In this document: positions 1-12,558 of the stretch, piece after piece
How the letters are laid out: every line of letters begins with the position of its first letter
Numbering within the stretch: the stretch's first letter is position 1
Source of the DNA: Eledone cirrhosa
Lineage: Eukaryota
Reading direction: 5' to 3'
Assembly (NCBI GenBank): GCA_964016885.1
Contig: OZ024747.1
Span: 46,624,001-46,688,000, forward strand
DNA: 64,000 nucleotides
Notes under the pieces: generated by a model
The model's database searches: none
The model's input: the letters and a program-made list of their open reading frames with translations, nothing else
What the model was told of the DNA's origin: nothing
Translations under genes and position numbers: made by a program

Positions 1-494
1 GATTTTTAGCGAATACATTTGCTGTAAAATAAAAGAACGTTTAAAAAACAATTTATATAGCAGCAAATACCAAAATAACTCATCACGGCACTCGTAACAA
101 TAATCATATAATATACTTTCTTTCTTTTTTTTCACTGATCAGAAGACTAAAGATCGAAATTTAGTCGACAGCTCGGCAGCCATACACGAATAAATTTGGT
201 AATATTCCTTTGATCGGCATTTGAATACTGACGCTAGAACAAATTCCCAAGTGTTTAGCTTATTTTCAAAGCAGACAAATTTGTTCTTGTAACATACAAT
301 TGATTTTCTTTGTTGATTTGTTTTCTGTTATTTTTTTTGTTTCACATTTTCTTAAAATATTTCCATCAACATTCAAACATCTCATTTACCTAATTCAGGT
401 TCTCTTTCTCCCTATGTATTATTTCCTTTTACTTTATTATCAGGAATTTTGTTCTTAGTTTTTATCCTAGATTGTCGTATTTAACTTTAAATAT

Positions 495-815
<321 letters not shown>

Positions 816-1119
816 AATTGATAGAGTTGTTAGAGAAACGGAGACAATACCTCGTGGTTTTGGTTCCAGCTCTCTGCACACTGTGATCAAATCCTCTTAA
901 GAACCCCTTTACCTTTTATACATTCGAGTCCAAATATCGATGGTAGCCTGGAAGATAATTAACGGCATTTGTTAGGGCGATCGATCTTCGGCTACCTGCT
1001 CCAGGTTTTGACGTCCGTGAGTTTTGAGTCATGAGATATTGTAATGAAAATATGCCGTGAAAAAAATTGTATAATCCGAGAAGAAACTCAGGCTAAAATC
1101 CAAATTGGCGTCCAGTGTC

Positions 1120-1700
1120 AAAATAATGATGTATTGTAGATGAATGCGTTTAGCTTTAGGCGACATAAGAACGGTTCGAGCTCAGCTCGTGTTCGGAACT
1201 CATCGCATGTAGATGTGGTAGGTATGTCGAGCTCAGCTCGTGTTCGGAACTCATCGCATGTGGATGTGGTAGGTATGTCGAGCTCAGCTCGTGTTCGGAA
1301 CTCATCGCATGTGGATGTGGTATGTATGTCGAGCTCAGCTCGTGTTCGGAACTCATCGCATGTGGATGTGGTAGGTATGTCGAGCTCAGCTCGTGTTCGG
1401 AACTCATCGCATGTGGATGTGGTAGGTATGTCGAGCTCAGCTCGTGTTCGGAACTCATCGCATGTGGATGTGGTAGGTATGTCGAGCTCAGCTCGTGTTC
1501 GGAACTCATCGCATGTGGATGTGGTAGGTATGCCGAGCTCAGCTCGTGTTCGGAACTCATCGCATGTGGATGTGGTAGGTATGACATGCAAATACCTAGT
1601 GTGGAGAGAGCACTCAGCTTCGGATAGTGGAAGGTCAGAGGATATGATTACAAAGGTATGGGAGGTACGTGAGGGAGAGGAAATAGTGGTGACGGAGAAG
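1120..1700 (-). pseudogene. Decayed N-terminal region of a Penelope-like element ORF
   Basis: Minus strand reads VIISSDLPLSEAECSLHTRYLHVIPTTSTCDEFRTRAELEPFLCRLKLNAF once the repeat is collapsed. This resembles the PLE N-terminal pattern (LS..E.S.L.KGL.F.PT...F.RRLRL..F), recognised from memory. Confidence 0.55.
1176..1583. repeat. 51-bp tandem repeat, 8 near-identical copies
   Basis: Unit tcgagctcagctcgtgttcggaactcatcgcatgtggatgtggtaggtatg repeated head-to-tail with no spacers. Confidence 0.98.
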
Positions 1701-2355
1701 CCGTGGTAGGTTAGTTATGTGTGTAGTGTGCAGAGTCAGTGGTGGTGGTGGTGGAGGGGGGGGGGGGGGGGGAGTTAAGGTGGCAGCGACGAGAGAATGA
1801 AACGAAGGCAATGGGATGATAGGGTTACGACTGTAGGTGAGGTGGCTGCTTATGTTAACAGTAGACAAGGAGCGGAGTGTGTCACGTTTTTACAGGTGAG
1901 AAAATTGAAGTGCATACATATATAGATGTATATACACACACACACACACATAAACACATACTTACACAGAAACACATACTCTCACATACACACACACACA
2001 CACACACACATATATAGAGAGAGATAGATATATATACGCGCTTCTATTTTTATTCATACATACACACACACACACATATACATATATATCCTACAGTCCA
2101 CACACAAGTATGTATTCAAAAAAGCTAGAGTCTATGGAATATGGCAAATAATGCTATTTTCGAAGCCTATAAGGAGAAAAAAGTATATTAGAACTATTTT
2201 CCTTGATATAATATTGTAAATACAATCAGAAATTGATTATTATACATATTTTCTCTGGCTTGTAATAATAATGCATTGGTACTTTTCCTATCTTGAAACC
2301 ATCACTGACTAATAGAAACAATTTTGAAACAGTTGTAAACACATATTCACACACG

Positions 2356-2387
<32 letters not shown>

Positions 2388-2602
2388 AATGTATGTAAAT
2401 ATATTCATATGCACACATAAAAACGCACGCGTGCACACACGCACGAATATATATATATATATATATTTCGTTTCTGAATTTGTTTAGCAAGATTCATTAT
2501 CTGAAAACGTGTGTTGAAACCGATATTGTTATACTTTGGGAGGGTCATGTTGCCAAAATTTCCGGTTGGTTGGTTGGTTCCACAACCAGATGGTTGTTTC
2601 CA

Positions 2603-2759
2603 CAAAACAAAAAACAAAACAAAACAAAACAAAAACAAAACAAAACAAAACAAAACAAAACAAAACAAAACAAAACAAGACAAAACAAAACAAAACAAAA
2701 CAAAACAAAACAAAACAAAACAAAACAAAACAAAACAAAACAAAACAAAACAAAACAAA
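2603..2759. repeat. (AAAAC)n pentanucleotide microsatellite
   Basis: Directly visible. Confidence 0.97.
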
Positions 2760-2773
2760 GAAAAGAATCCCCA

Positions 2774-2816
2774 GTCACTGAAGAGGTCACAGAATGTGTG
2801 ACGAAAGAACTTTGAC
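2774..2816 (+). ncRNA. Type I minimal hammerhead ribozyme
   Basis: gtca-CTGAAGA-g-gtcaca(gaatg)tgtgac-GAAA-gaac-TT-tgac: stem I gtca/tgac, 6-bp stem II, minimal stem III. Flanked by inverted repeats 2523-2598 / 2825-2986. Confidence 0.85.
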
Positions 2817-3020
2817 AATATATAAACAACCATCTGGTTGTGGAACCAACCAACCAACCGGAAATTTATAAATTCCTAAATTTATAAATTTATATATTTA
2901 TAAATTTATTATAATAAATTGAAGTGAAAGCAACTGGTGCGTGTGTTTCTTATTGGCAACATGACCCTCCCAAAGTATAACAATATATATATATATATAT
3001 TTATTAAAATAACAGATTAA

Positions 3021-3071
3021 AGTTTAAGCAAAGAATCGCTGCTTTCACCCTTAACGGGATCTTCTGAAACT
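3021..3071 (-). ncRNA. Hammerhead ribozyme with one core substitution
   Basis: Minus: agttt-CAGAAGA-t-ccc(gttaa)ggg-t-GAAA-gca(gcgattctt)tgc-TT-aaact. All three stems pair; core U4 is A. An internally deleted relative lies at 18541-18630. Confidence 0.7.
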
Positions 3072-3199
3072 AACAAAGTCAATCTGTAAACGCAGAAGTG
3101 GATATTTCAAAAAACGTTGCTCTACGGTTCTTATATATTTGATATATATTTATCCTTATCGAGCCCTCTTTGAATTTTAGTCTTCATATTTATTATTAT

Positions 3200-3301
<102 letters not shown>

Positions 3302-3447
3302 AGTATATGTTGGTTGTTTACCGACAACTCTGTATGCAGATTGGAGCACTCGACGAAGTACGCAGGTTGGTTTGGTTACTCCGGAGTAATGTAAAATAAA
3401 ATAATTAAGTCAAATAATTAAAATTTGGCTTCGTTTATTAAAGATGT

Positions 3448-3505
3448 ACTGCTATATATATTTTTTCACTGACAGCCATCATTGGCTGTGATCTCTTCAG
3501 GCAGT
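3448..3505 (-). ncRNA. Type I hammerhead ribozyme in left arm of inverted repeat 3394-3535 / 3642-3783
   Basis: Minus: actgc-CTGAAGA-gatc-acagcca(atga)tggctgt-cagt-GAAA-aaatatata-TA-gcagt. Stem I actgc/gcagt is perfect. Confidence 0.75.
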
Positions 3506-3671
3506 CCGAATTGGTGTGGTAGAGACAGGTACACATGTTGTTAAAGTGTTTTACTCCGTCAATACTCCGATATGTCCAGCTCCTGGTTGGGTTGTTATTT
3601 CTTTGAGGAACTGGAATCATATGATTATATCATATCATACTTGTGTACCTGTCTCTACCACACCAATTCGG

Positions 3672-3730
3672 ACTGCATGAAGAGGTCACAGCCAATGATG
3701 GCTGTCACTGAAAAAAATATATATAGCAGT
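3672..3730 (+). ncRNA. Hammerhead ribozyme copy in right arm (C3 changed to A)
   Basis: actgc-ATGAAGA-ggtcacagccaatgatggctgtcact-GAAA-aaaatatata-TA-gcagt. Confidence 0.65.
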
Positions 3731-3781
3731 ACATCTTTAATAAACGAAGCCAAATTTTAATTATTTGACTTAATTATTTTA

Positions 3782-3847
<66 letters not shown>

Positions 3848-3850
<3 letters not shown>

Positions 3851-4216
3851 CGGAAAAAATGAAACGAAATTTCATTTCCCACTCTTAGTACGGCTGTTAC
3901 TTAAATATAAGTATGTACACGTACATACATATATGTATACAGACGTACAGTAGTATGTAAATATATATACATACATGACGATAGCTAATAAGCTTGAAAC
4001 TAGTACAGCGTTCCTTTGTCAGTGTTGAACAAACGAGCAACGATGGTTGCTAGACACTACGGCTTAATACGGGATGTTTGTTTACAAACACACCGAGCAT
4101 TATAATAAATGTTCGGTGAATCCATACGTACATATATATATGTGTGCATGTATGTATATATATATACATACTACTGTACGTCTGTATACATATATGTGTG
4201 TACGTGTACATACTTA
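3848..4216. mobile_element. Dispersed partial copy of the 420-nt HHR repeat family, with inverted 5' segment
   Basis: 3848-3975 and 3976-4216 match the 31436-32312 unit in opposite orientations. Contains truncated HHR tgacgatagctaataagcttGAAActagTAcagcg. Flanked by (TA)n. Confidence 0.9.
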
Positions 4217-4991
4217 TATATATATATATATATATACATATATATATTGTAAATTTCTTTCTTTATATAAATCTTTAGCAGTATGCTCTATGAACATGAA
4301 TATATTGAGGTTTACAATGATAATAGAATAATTATTAGGCATGTACTGAGTGAGGAAGTGTTTGTAGGTTAACACGATTTCCTTGTATCAAAATTAATAC
4401 ACACACACGCTCGCCCCGTCAATGTTGAGAGAGAAAGTAGTGAACGCATTAATTGGTGAACATTTGAGCCCGCATGTTTTAATAAATATCGTAATTAACT
4501 TTCATCTTCAGTACTAATAATATATATGAGCATATAGAGAAAAATACGCATAGAGATATGTGTTCAATCATCGGGGATCAAAAACCACCAGAGTGATGAA
4601 CATTTTGTCTATGAAAGGAAAGGTGAATACAATTATATTAAAAGAATAAATTAAAGTATACTAACCATCATGTTAGTCTATAACTCCGTTCTTTAATTTA
4701 GTACTAATAATATACACATTACACATCTACTTCAGGACTCTAATATGAGTGATAAGGTATATAAGCCCTTCGATTACTTATTTCCTTATGGTTGTTGAGA
4801 TTATATACGTGGTTTCTGAAGAAAACCCAACTAGTCATGAAAACTGGTTAAATTTGTTTATCAATTTTCAATTACACTTGGTATGTTTATATGACTATAT
4901 GCTAAAGATGTATATATTTATATACATATATTTCTATTCTGTATATATACAAATATATCATTATCATATATTTCGGATGCTTATTGGGCAA

Positions 4992-5031
<40 letters not shown>

Positions 5032-5229
5032 TTTACAACAATAAACTTTACAACACCACCTGCCTCTTTGAGGTCAAATACCAACCCACTAGCATCTACA
5101 AACTGACCAATGAGAATTAAGACTATTCCTGCTGACAACATTAAATTATTCCTAACAAGCTCATATGTCCCAAGGCTCTGATACCATCAACACTATAAAC
5201 ACAGACCTGGCATATCTAAGAACTGACTA

Positions 5230-5285
5230 ACTGCCTGATGAGGTCATAGCCATTCAATGGCTATCATCGAAATATATATAACAGT
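5230..5285 (+). ncRNA. Type I hammerhead ribozyme, same family as 3448/3672
   Basis: actgc-CTGATGA-ggtc-atagccat(tca)atggctat-catc-GAAA-tatata-TA-acagt, followed by aataaa. Palindromic stem III. Confidence 0.8.
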
Positions 5286-5360
5286 AAATAAATATATAAT
5301 TATGAGTTCATGCAATTGACTTGTGTTTCGTCACTATATCTATATATATATATATATATT

Positions 5361-5820
<460 letters not shown>

Positions 5821-6425
5821 TAGGGCTGTGGAGACATCTCTGAATTGGTAGGGTCAAAATTGGACAATTTAGTGATAACTAGTGATAAGTTTAGCTCTTT
5901 GTAGTCTAAAATGGTCAGAAAACTTCGATATGACTTAAACATAACATGTACATAAATTATAGCGCATATCCAAATAGATGTGTTTTGTGGAGAGAAAATA
6001 CAATTATTGACGGTGAGCATGCCCCCTTCCCCCCACCAGTTCCACCACTGGATGTAAATAATTAACAAAAATTATGCTCTCTGCACTTTGCAAAGGGGTT
6101 AATATACCTAGCGTCTTCGCATCTGGTAAGAACTTGGAATTATACCCAATTTATTCATCTCCTATTTATAGGAAAAGAGTCAGGACCCCGACGCTGAGCA
6201 CCGGCCGTTTCAACAGCTAGATCCGAACTCATATATATATATATATATATATTATCGCTATTGGGGAATTTTGTTACTCCAAAGTGTCACCTGCGCACTC
6301 ACAGGATCTTGTCTGGTGAGTGCGCATGTAAGACCCCAGAGTAACAAGGCTTTGCCATAATGAAATGAATATTTAACTCTACTTCGTTATTGAGTTTTCA
6401 TTCTTACGTCCGTCAATAATTCACG

Positions 6426-6751
6426 TACTCTCAGGTCTTGAATAATCATCCCCACCCACCGATTATTAATTTGTCAGATTTCCCCACCCCGGGTTTTATT
6501 TCACCCCCACCGCCACCCGCTTATTAAATTTGCTAATCTATCTCGGCGAAATTTTATTGTAATTGATTAATATTGATTCAGCAGCTGGAGAATCTAATAA
6601 TAATTTTATTTTACATTAAAAACATCATATATGACAAAAGAAGAACATTACAAGAAATCCCATAATTACGAACGTACATAATGCAATTACTGATTATCCC
6701 TCCCACCCCACCCATTATTTCCACCCTTCCTATTATTTGTGACCCGAGAGT
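6426..6751. mobile_element. MITE-like element with imperfect terminal inverted repeats
   Basis: actctcaggtcttgaataat at the left end and attatttgtgacccgagagt at the right end. Confidence 0.5.
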
Positions 6752-6754
6752 GAC

Positions 6755-7072
6755 ATCAAACTCTCCTTATCTCAATGTCTATCATACAAAACTATCTTTT
6801 AACCCCCCTCTCTATCTACTTCAACCAAACTCTACCGCTCTCTATATCTACCATGACACTGCCTCTCTATAGCTAAGACTAATACACTCTCTCACTATAT
6901 AAATATCTACTCTGTATATCAATCACCCCTAAACTCTCACCCTCTCTATATTTGCTACACAACACTCACCCATTATCCCACTCTCTATATCTACAACCAC
7001 CAAATTCTCCCCCTCACTATATCTACTACACGGTACTCTCTTCCGATCCCCTCTCTATATCAATTACCACTT
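6755..7072. repeat. Degenerate ~39-bp minisatellite (ctctctatatctac...aaactctc), resuming at 12798-12925
   Basis: The same motif recurs on both sides of the LINE, indicating the LINE split the array. Confidence 0.75.
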
Positions 7073-7271
7073 GATATAGACGTGAATTACTTCGCTCCGG
7101 ATTTTTACGGATTACTGTCATAAAAACTGTGAGTTCATTGCTCAATTTAATAGCATTGTTTAGTTAACCCCTTTCCTGGGCCTTGCAGACGTTGAGTCAA
7201 CTAATTTTCGCCCCTTTCTGGGGCGAAATTTTCATTTTCATCTCAAAACTGTGTAGACTTGGTAGTCAGCA

Positions 7272-8308
7272 ATGGATGCCATTTCCACCTCGCACACTGT
7301 CGTGAGTGCCACGCCCACTAAGAAAAGTGGTGGAGGGAAGGTAGGAGTACAAAGCTTGCAGCCTTCCCCCCTCGCATTATCGAAAAACGCTGAAAATATT
7401 GAGACCTCGAAACCAAACCCGGTAGATAATACCAGCACCAACAACAAGAACAATGACAATAACACTACAACCAACAACTGCAACAATAGCAACACCAAGG
7501 AAAACATGAACAATATTACCAACAGTGACAGCAACAAAAAAGATAACAACACCAAAACAACATTCGCACAGACTGTAAAAAAAAACGAACTATACACGCC
7601 AATAGACATAACAAATGCTAAACAACTATTACAAGACGCAAAATAATTTGTGACTTTTGGCGAAAACGGTGCTTTTAGCATCAATTCTCCACAGTAATTA
7701 CGTAGAGAGGTTGTCCTGAAAACTGTGGTTTTCAGGACAATATCGAACGAAACAAGAAAACCAGCTCAATTATCACAAAATGAAATTGAGCTGGTTCTAA
7801 AAGATGCAATGAAGGACTTAACCTTCATACAAAAAGGTAAACTGTTTGGTAGCATTTCGGTGCTGATGAACAACCAGTCAACAGCTAAAAAGTACTCGGT
7901 ATCACCCATTGTGTCCCCCCGCTTCACCTTTTTCCCCACATACAGGGGAAAAAGGACACAAAGAATAAAAATAATGAGTATCACACCAAATGTAAATATT
8001 TGGTGGATACTATGTGGAATCATTGACTTTGACGAAGACAAGATAATTTCAATAGGAAAGTCCTCCGGAGGTGTATTTGGTGGGACCAGCGTAGAAGTTC
8101 TGGAGCAAATGAGCCCAGAACGAATAGCGAATATCCCGCAACGCGTGCCTCTAGACGGGCTAACTTATATAAACATTTCAGTGGAGAGAAGGCGGTCGTC
8201 ATGTTACCACTGCTTAAGCAGGGGTCACCTGAGGGCTTCCTGTCCTCAATTAACGAGTAAAAAAAAAAGGCTCTTCTACCAACCCCGAACACAACCACCA
8301 CCACCACC

Positions 8309-8348
<40 letters not shown>

Positions 8349-9086
8349 CCACAACAACACGGAAAAATAACAACACAAAACACTGTTCCACCCAACCCCT
8401 CCCCACCTAAAACAAATACAAAAGCAACCACAACAAAACCCCAAAATATACCCCTCCCCAACAACACGGAAGAGGACTCCGTATCGACGTCACCCGGTGA
8501 CGACGAGGGAGAACACTTTCAACAGGTGAAAAGGAAAAAAAAAAGGCACCACATTAACAAAAATGCCACAAACACACAACCACCAGCACAAACAGAACAA
8601 ACATCACAAATAAAAAAACCCACCCCTCCCCAAAACATAACACGTACTACAAAACGCAAACACGCACAAGAACAACAAACAAAAACAAACACAACACAAC
8701 AAATACTCTATACATACATTAACAAGAACAATAAAACGTTGATGAAAGCGATAGAAAATAACCTTTCGGTGGAAACCGAAGGGATCACTTTCACTTACGC
8801 AGCGAATAAACCGCACCTAATGATGATTAGGGTCCCAACGGAAACCTATGTAACTTTGAAAAAGAACCATCCAATGCATATGGGGACCAACTGCACCAAA
8901 CCACATAACAGCGTCCTATTGAGATGTTTCCCAACCCCCACACCAGACACCCACACCCCACCAAACACCCTAATCCCACCACACACTGATGTCCTCACCC
9001 CACCACAAACCACGACCCCACCAAACAACCCTTCCAACACCCCCATGGAAATTGTGCAGCCTGGTCCCCAGGAGATGAAGAGGTAA
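7272..9086 (+). pseudogene. LINE ORF1 (gag-like, zinc knuckle) with two in-frame stops near 7644-7697
   Basis: ORFs 7272-7646 and 7725-9086 share a frame. Contains CYHCLSRGHLRASC, an Asn-rich N-terminus and a Pro/Thr/Gln-rich tail; homologous to 62448-63887. Confidence 0.88.
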
Positions 9087-9128
9087 GTAATTTCCTTTCC
9101 TCTTCCTTTTTAACTCTTCAGCACCAAC

Positions 9129-12100
9129 ATGGCCAATATAAGAGTTGGATGTGTGAATGCACGCGGCTTGGGGATGTCCTGGAAACAGGGCAAACTCTGA
9201 AATGACCTAAGGTCGCACAGAATAGATGTAATGGTTATTTGCGAGTCCAGGATCAGCAGCTAGCGCCAACTGGCTCCCATCTTCAACGACTTTGAGATCT
9301 ACGCATTTCTCTGTCAGCCGAGGGGTGGGGGTGGGGTTGTCGTTCTGCTGCGAAAATACCTGGGTCTTGCTACACAGAAGGTACACCTGGACCCGGAGGG
9401 TCGACTGGTGGTTTTAGACGTCGGCAGTGGTGAAGGCGGAGCTTTCAGGCTGGTGGCAGCGTATGCCCCATCTGGGACACCGCGACCGGACTTCTACCGA
9501 CGCGTGGAGAATTTCCTGGGAACGTCTCGCTTCTTGCTTTTAGTGGGGGATTGGAATGGTATCCTGGATGCCCGTTGGGACTATGTAGGGGCATGTCCCG
9601 ATAGAGGGGGGTGTAACAGCCTCAAACGATTAATCGGCCGATTTGATCTGGCCGATAGATATCGACTAGATTTTCCGACTGTGCCACGGTGGACGTGGAG
9701 TAATCGCAGCGGAACATCTAGGACGTACCTAGATAGGTTCCTAGTTAGAAATAAGGATAGGGACATATTAAGCTGTCCACGAATGTTCATGGTTGACTAT
9801 TCGGATCACAAGTTGGTGACCGGAGTGGCCAACCTTGATAGAACTCATAGACAGGGACCCGGGTACTGGAAGCTAAACTTGTCTTTACCGACAAACAAAG
9901 CTTACAGTAAGCGGATTAGAACACTAGTTAAGCAGCGTTTGACGGGGGCGATTGTCAACAGCAGGTGGTGGGGCTCTCTCAAGAGAGAAATTAGAATAGA
10001 ATCGATAGGTTTTAGTCGGGAATTAGCATCAGATAGGAATAGAACTGAAAGGGAATTAACAAATAGAGTAGAAGAGGCGATTAGGAGTGGCAACGTGGCC
10101 GGCGTCGAGAACGGCCCTAGACCAGTTCTTTGATGCGAAGCACGAGGGCGGCGTTGTCAGGAGTAAAAAAAGTGCTCGGAGTAACGAGGGAGCCAAAGCT
10201 GTTAGCTGGGCCCGAGTGACAGAAGCAAAAAGTGGAAACAAGTCAACGATTCGGTCTTTGAAGGACCAGGATGGACGCGTGATCCTTGAACGTTAGCGGA
10301 TGAGCGCGGCCTTTCAACGGCACTTTGCACGACTGTTCGGGAGGGGCGGCGGGACGGGTGGGGCCATGGATTTCGGTCCATACCTCGACGGTCTGGCGCG
10401 GCTCTCGGACGGGGAGGCGAAGTCCTGCGAGAGGCCGATTTCAGCCGCTGAAATAGGAGAAGCGCTGAGCCAATGCGGCAAACGCAAATCTCCGGGTCTC
10501 GATGGTCTACCATACGAACTTTATGTAGCGATGCCGGGCTTGTTCTCCGGTCTCCTCGAAGCGGTCTACTGCAACTGGCAAGAGAACGGCAGAATTCCCA
10601 GTTCTGTGACCAAGGGCGTAGTCACGCTGGTGAGGAAGGACGAGAACAAGGGGGATGACATAGATAACTTCAGGCCCATAACTCTGCTAAACACAGAGTT
10701 AAAGATTTTGACCAAGGTGTTAGCGAAGAGGTTGGCGCTTGTCGTCGGGAACTTGGTGGGAGAAGCGCAGACATGCGCAATCCCGTCCAGGTCCATACAC
10801 GACAACCTCCACCTCATGCGATACATCGTAGAGAGGGTAGGGAACGAACCCGGCTTTGGTGGGGCCCTGATCAACTTGGATCAATCTAAGGCGTTCGATA
10901 GGGTTGACCATCGGTACCTGGATGCGGTGCTCGCGGCGGCAGGATTCGGACCCGTTTTCAGGGGCTGGATTGCTGCAATGCACAGCAGCAACACCTGCTC
11001 GAGGGTCAAGTTGAACGGCTACCTCTCGGAGCCCTTCCAAATCACGCGATCCATCCGACAGGGATGCCCTCTCTCCTCCCTCCTGTATGTGCTGGCTCTC
11101 GAGCCACTACTGCGGAAGCTGGAGCTGTTGCAGGGCATCCCCTTGGAACCGGGATTGCGGAAAGCGGTGTCGGCCTACGCCGATGACGTGACAGTAATGG
11201 TGTCGTGCGCCTCAGAAATCGGGCAGATCGGCACCTTACTGGAGGAATATGAAAGGTTGACAGGAGCCAAGCTGAACCGGGACAAGTCCGTCGGTTTGCA
11301 ACTCGGGACGTGGAGGGGCAAAACGATGCCCTCCGACGGCATCATCGGACGCAGGACGGAGGGACCGGTGAAGCTGCGCGGGGTCTGGTTCTGACCGGAC
11401 TTCCAGGTGGAGAAAAACTGGGACGAGGTAACGGGCAAGGTGTTTGCACTCGCCCAGAAGTGGGCCGAGTGCAAACTATCCCTGAAAGGTCGAGCGGAGG
11501 TGGCGAACGCTTATATAGCGTCCGTCATCTACTACCGCTTGATCGTCGTGCCTTGCCCAGAGAAAACACTCGCCAAAATGGAGCGCGCGCTCTTCCGATT
11601 TCTTTGGAAGAAGCGGGCTCCTTTGGTGAGAAGATCCATCTGCTGTCAACACCCTTCGAACGGAGGGCTGGGGTTGCCGTGGCTGATGATGCGTAGACAC
11701 GCATTAAGGCTACGGCACCTCCAGGTATTCCTCACCGGTCAGCCGGTGTGGGCCCTGTTTGTGAGGCGAGCCTTTCCGAGACTCGTCTCACTCACCGAGC
11801 TGCAATCCTGAGTCAAGCAAAGACCGAGAAAAGTGGGCGACTGGCACATTGAATGTGCCCAGACGCTCACGGCCCTCTGGCAAGCGGATCCAGCAATCAG
11901 CGGAGACTCAACCTCAACATTCTATAGAGGGTTGGTGCGCAGTAAGTGCGACAACGCCCTCGGAGAGGCTCTGGGCATGGAGGAAGACGAGCTGGCCAGT
12001 CTGTTCGGTAGGACGTTTGGCCCGGGACCGATGGACAACTTCCAAAAGTCCCTGGCTTGGCAATGTTTCCGAGGAGCTCTACCCGTTCGGGACAAGCTTT

Positions 12101-12558
12101 ACAGACACGGGCGCCCGGGTAGGGACCCCTCGAAGAAGATCTGTCCAAGATGCGTGCGGGACGAGGAAACCGTCGCACACGCATTCGTACACTTCCCGGG
12201 CGTTGCTGACCTGTGGGGCTATGTGGAACGACTACTGTCGCGGGTGGGACCAATCCGGTTGTCCACCGAGAACATTGTCACAATCAAATCGCCTCTCCCT
12301 TTCAAAAACGAAGGAGAGGCAGTTTTCATCTGTGTGATAGCCATGGCGAAAGAAGTTGTATGGTGGACAAGGTTGAAAGGGCTGAGGTCAGACACCTTTC
12401 TCTCTGGCCAACAACTGGTCTTTTTTTCCAAGTACCACTTTAGAAGAAGGATCAGAATGGAGAGAGTGGTGCTCTACCCCAGCAAGTTTTATGAAAGATG
12501 GGTGAAAGTAGCGAGAATGGCCCGAGTGAATGGGCTTTCTCTCTATATCAGCCTGTAG
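9129..12558 (+). pseudogene. LINE ORF2 (APE endonuclease-reverse transcriptase) with stops and frameshifts
   Basis: Motifs MANIRVGCVNARGL, VGDWN, SDHK, GYWKLN, KSPGLDGLP, NFRPITLLN, DQSKAFDRVDH, RQGCPLS, AYADD, GGLGLP and CPRC..ETVAH. Confidence 0.95.

Noticed and set aside
1176-1583. 51-bp repeat as a CRISPR array
   Set aside because: No unique spacers, no cas genes, eukaryotic context.
4813-4853. ttt-CTGAAGA...GAAA-actgg-TT-aaa as an HHR
   Set aside because: Stem II does not pair; at best a decayed copy.
7640-7725. Programmed recoding splitting ORF1 in both LINE copies
   Set aside because: Lesions differ (two stops in copy 1, frameshifts in copy 2), consistent with independent decay.
9581-12443. 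Antisense and alternate-frame ORFs over LINE ORF2
   Set aside because: Expected by-products of GC-rich coding sequence; no motifs.
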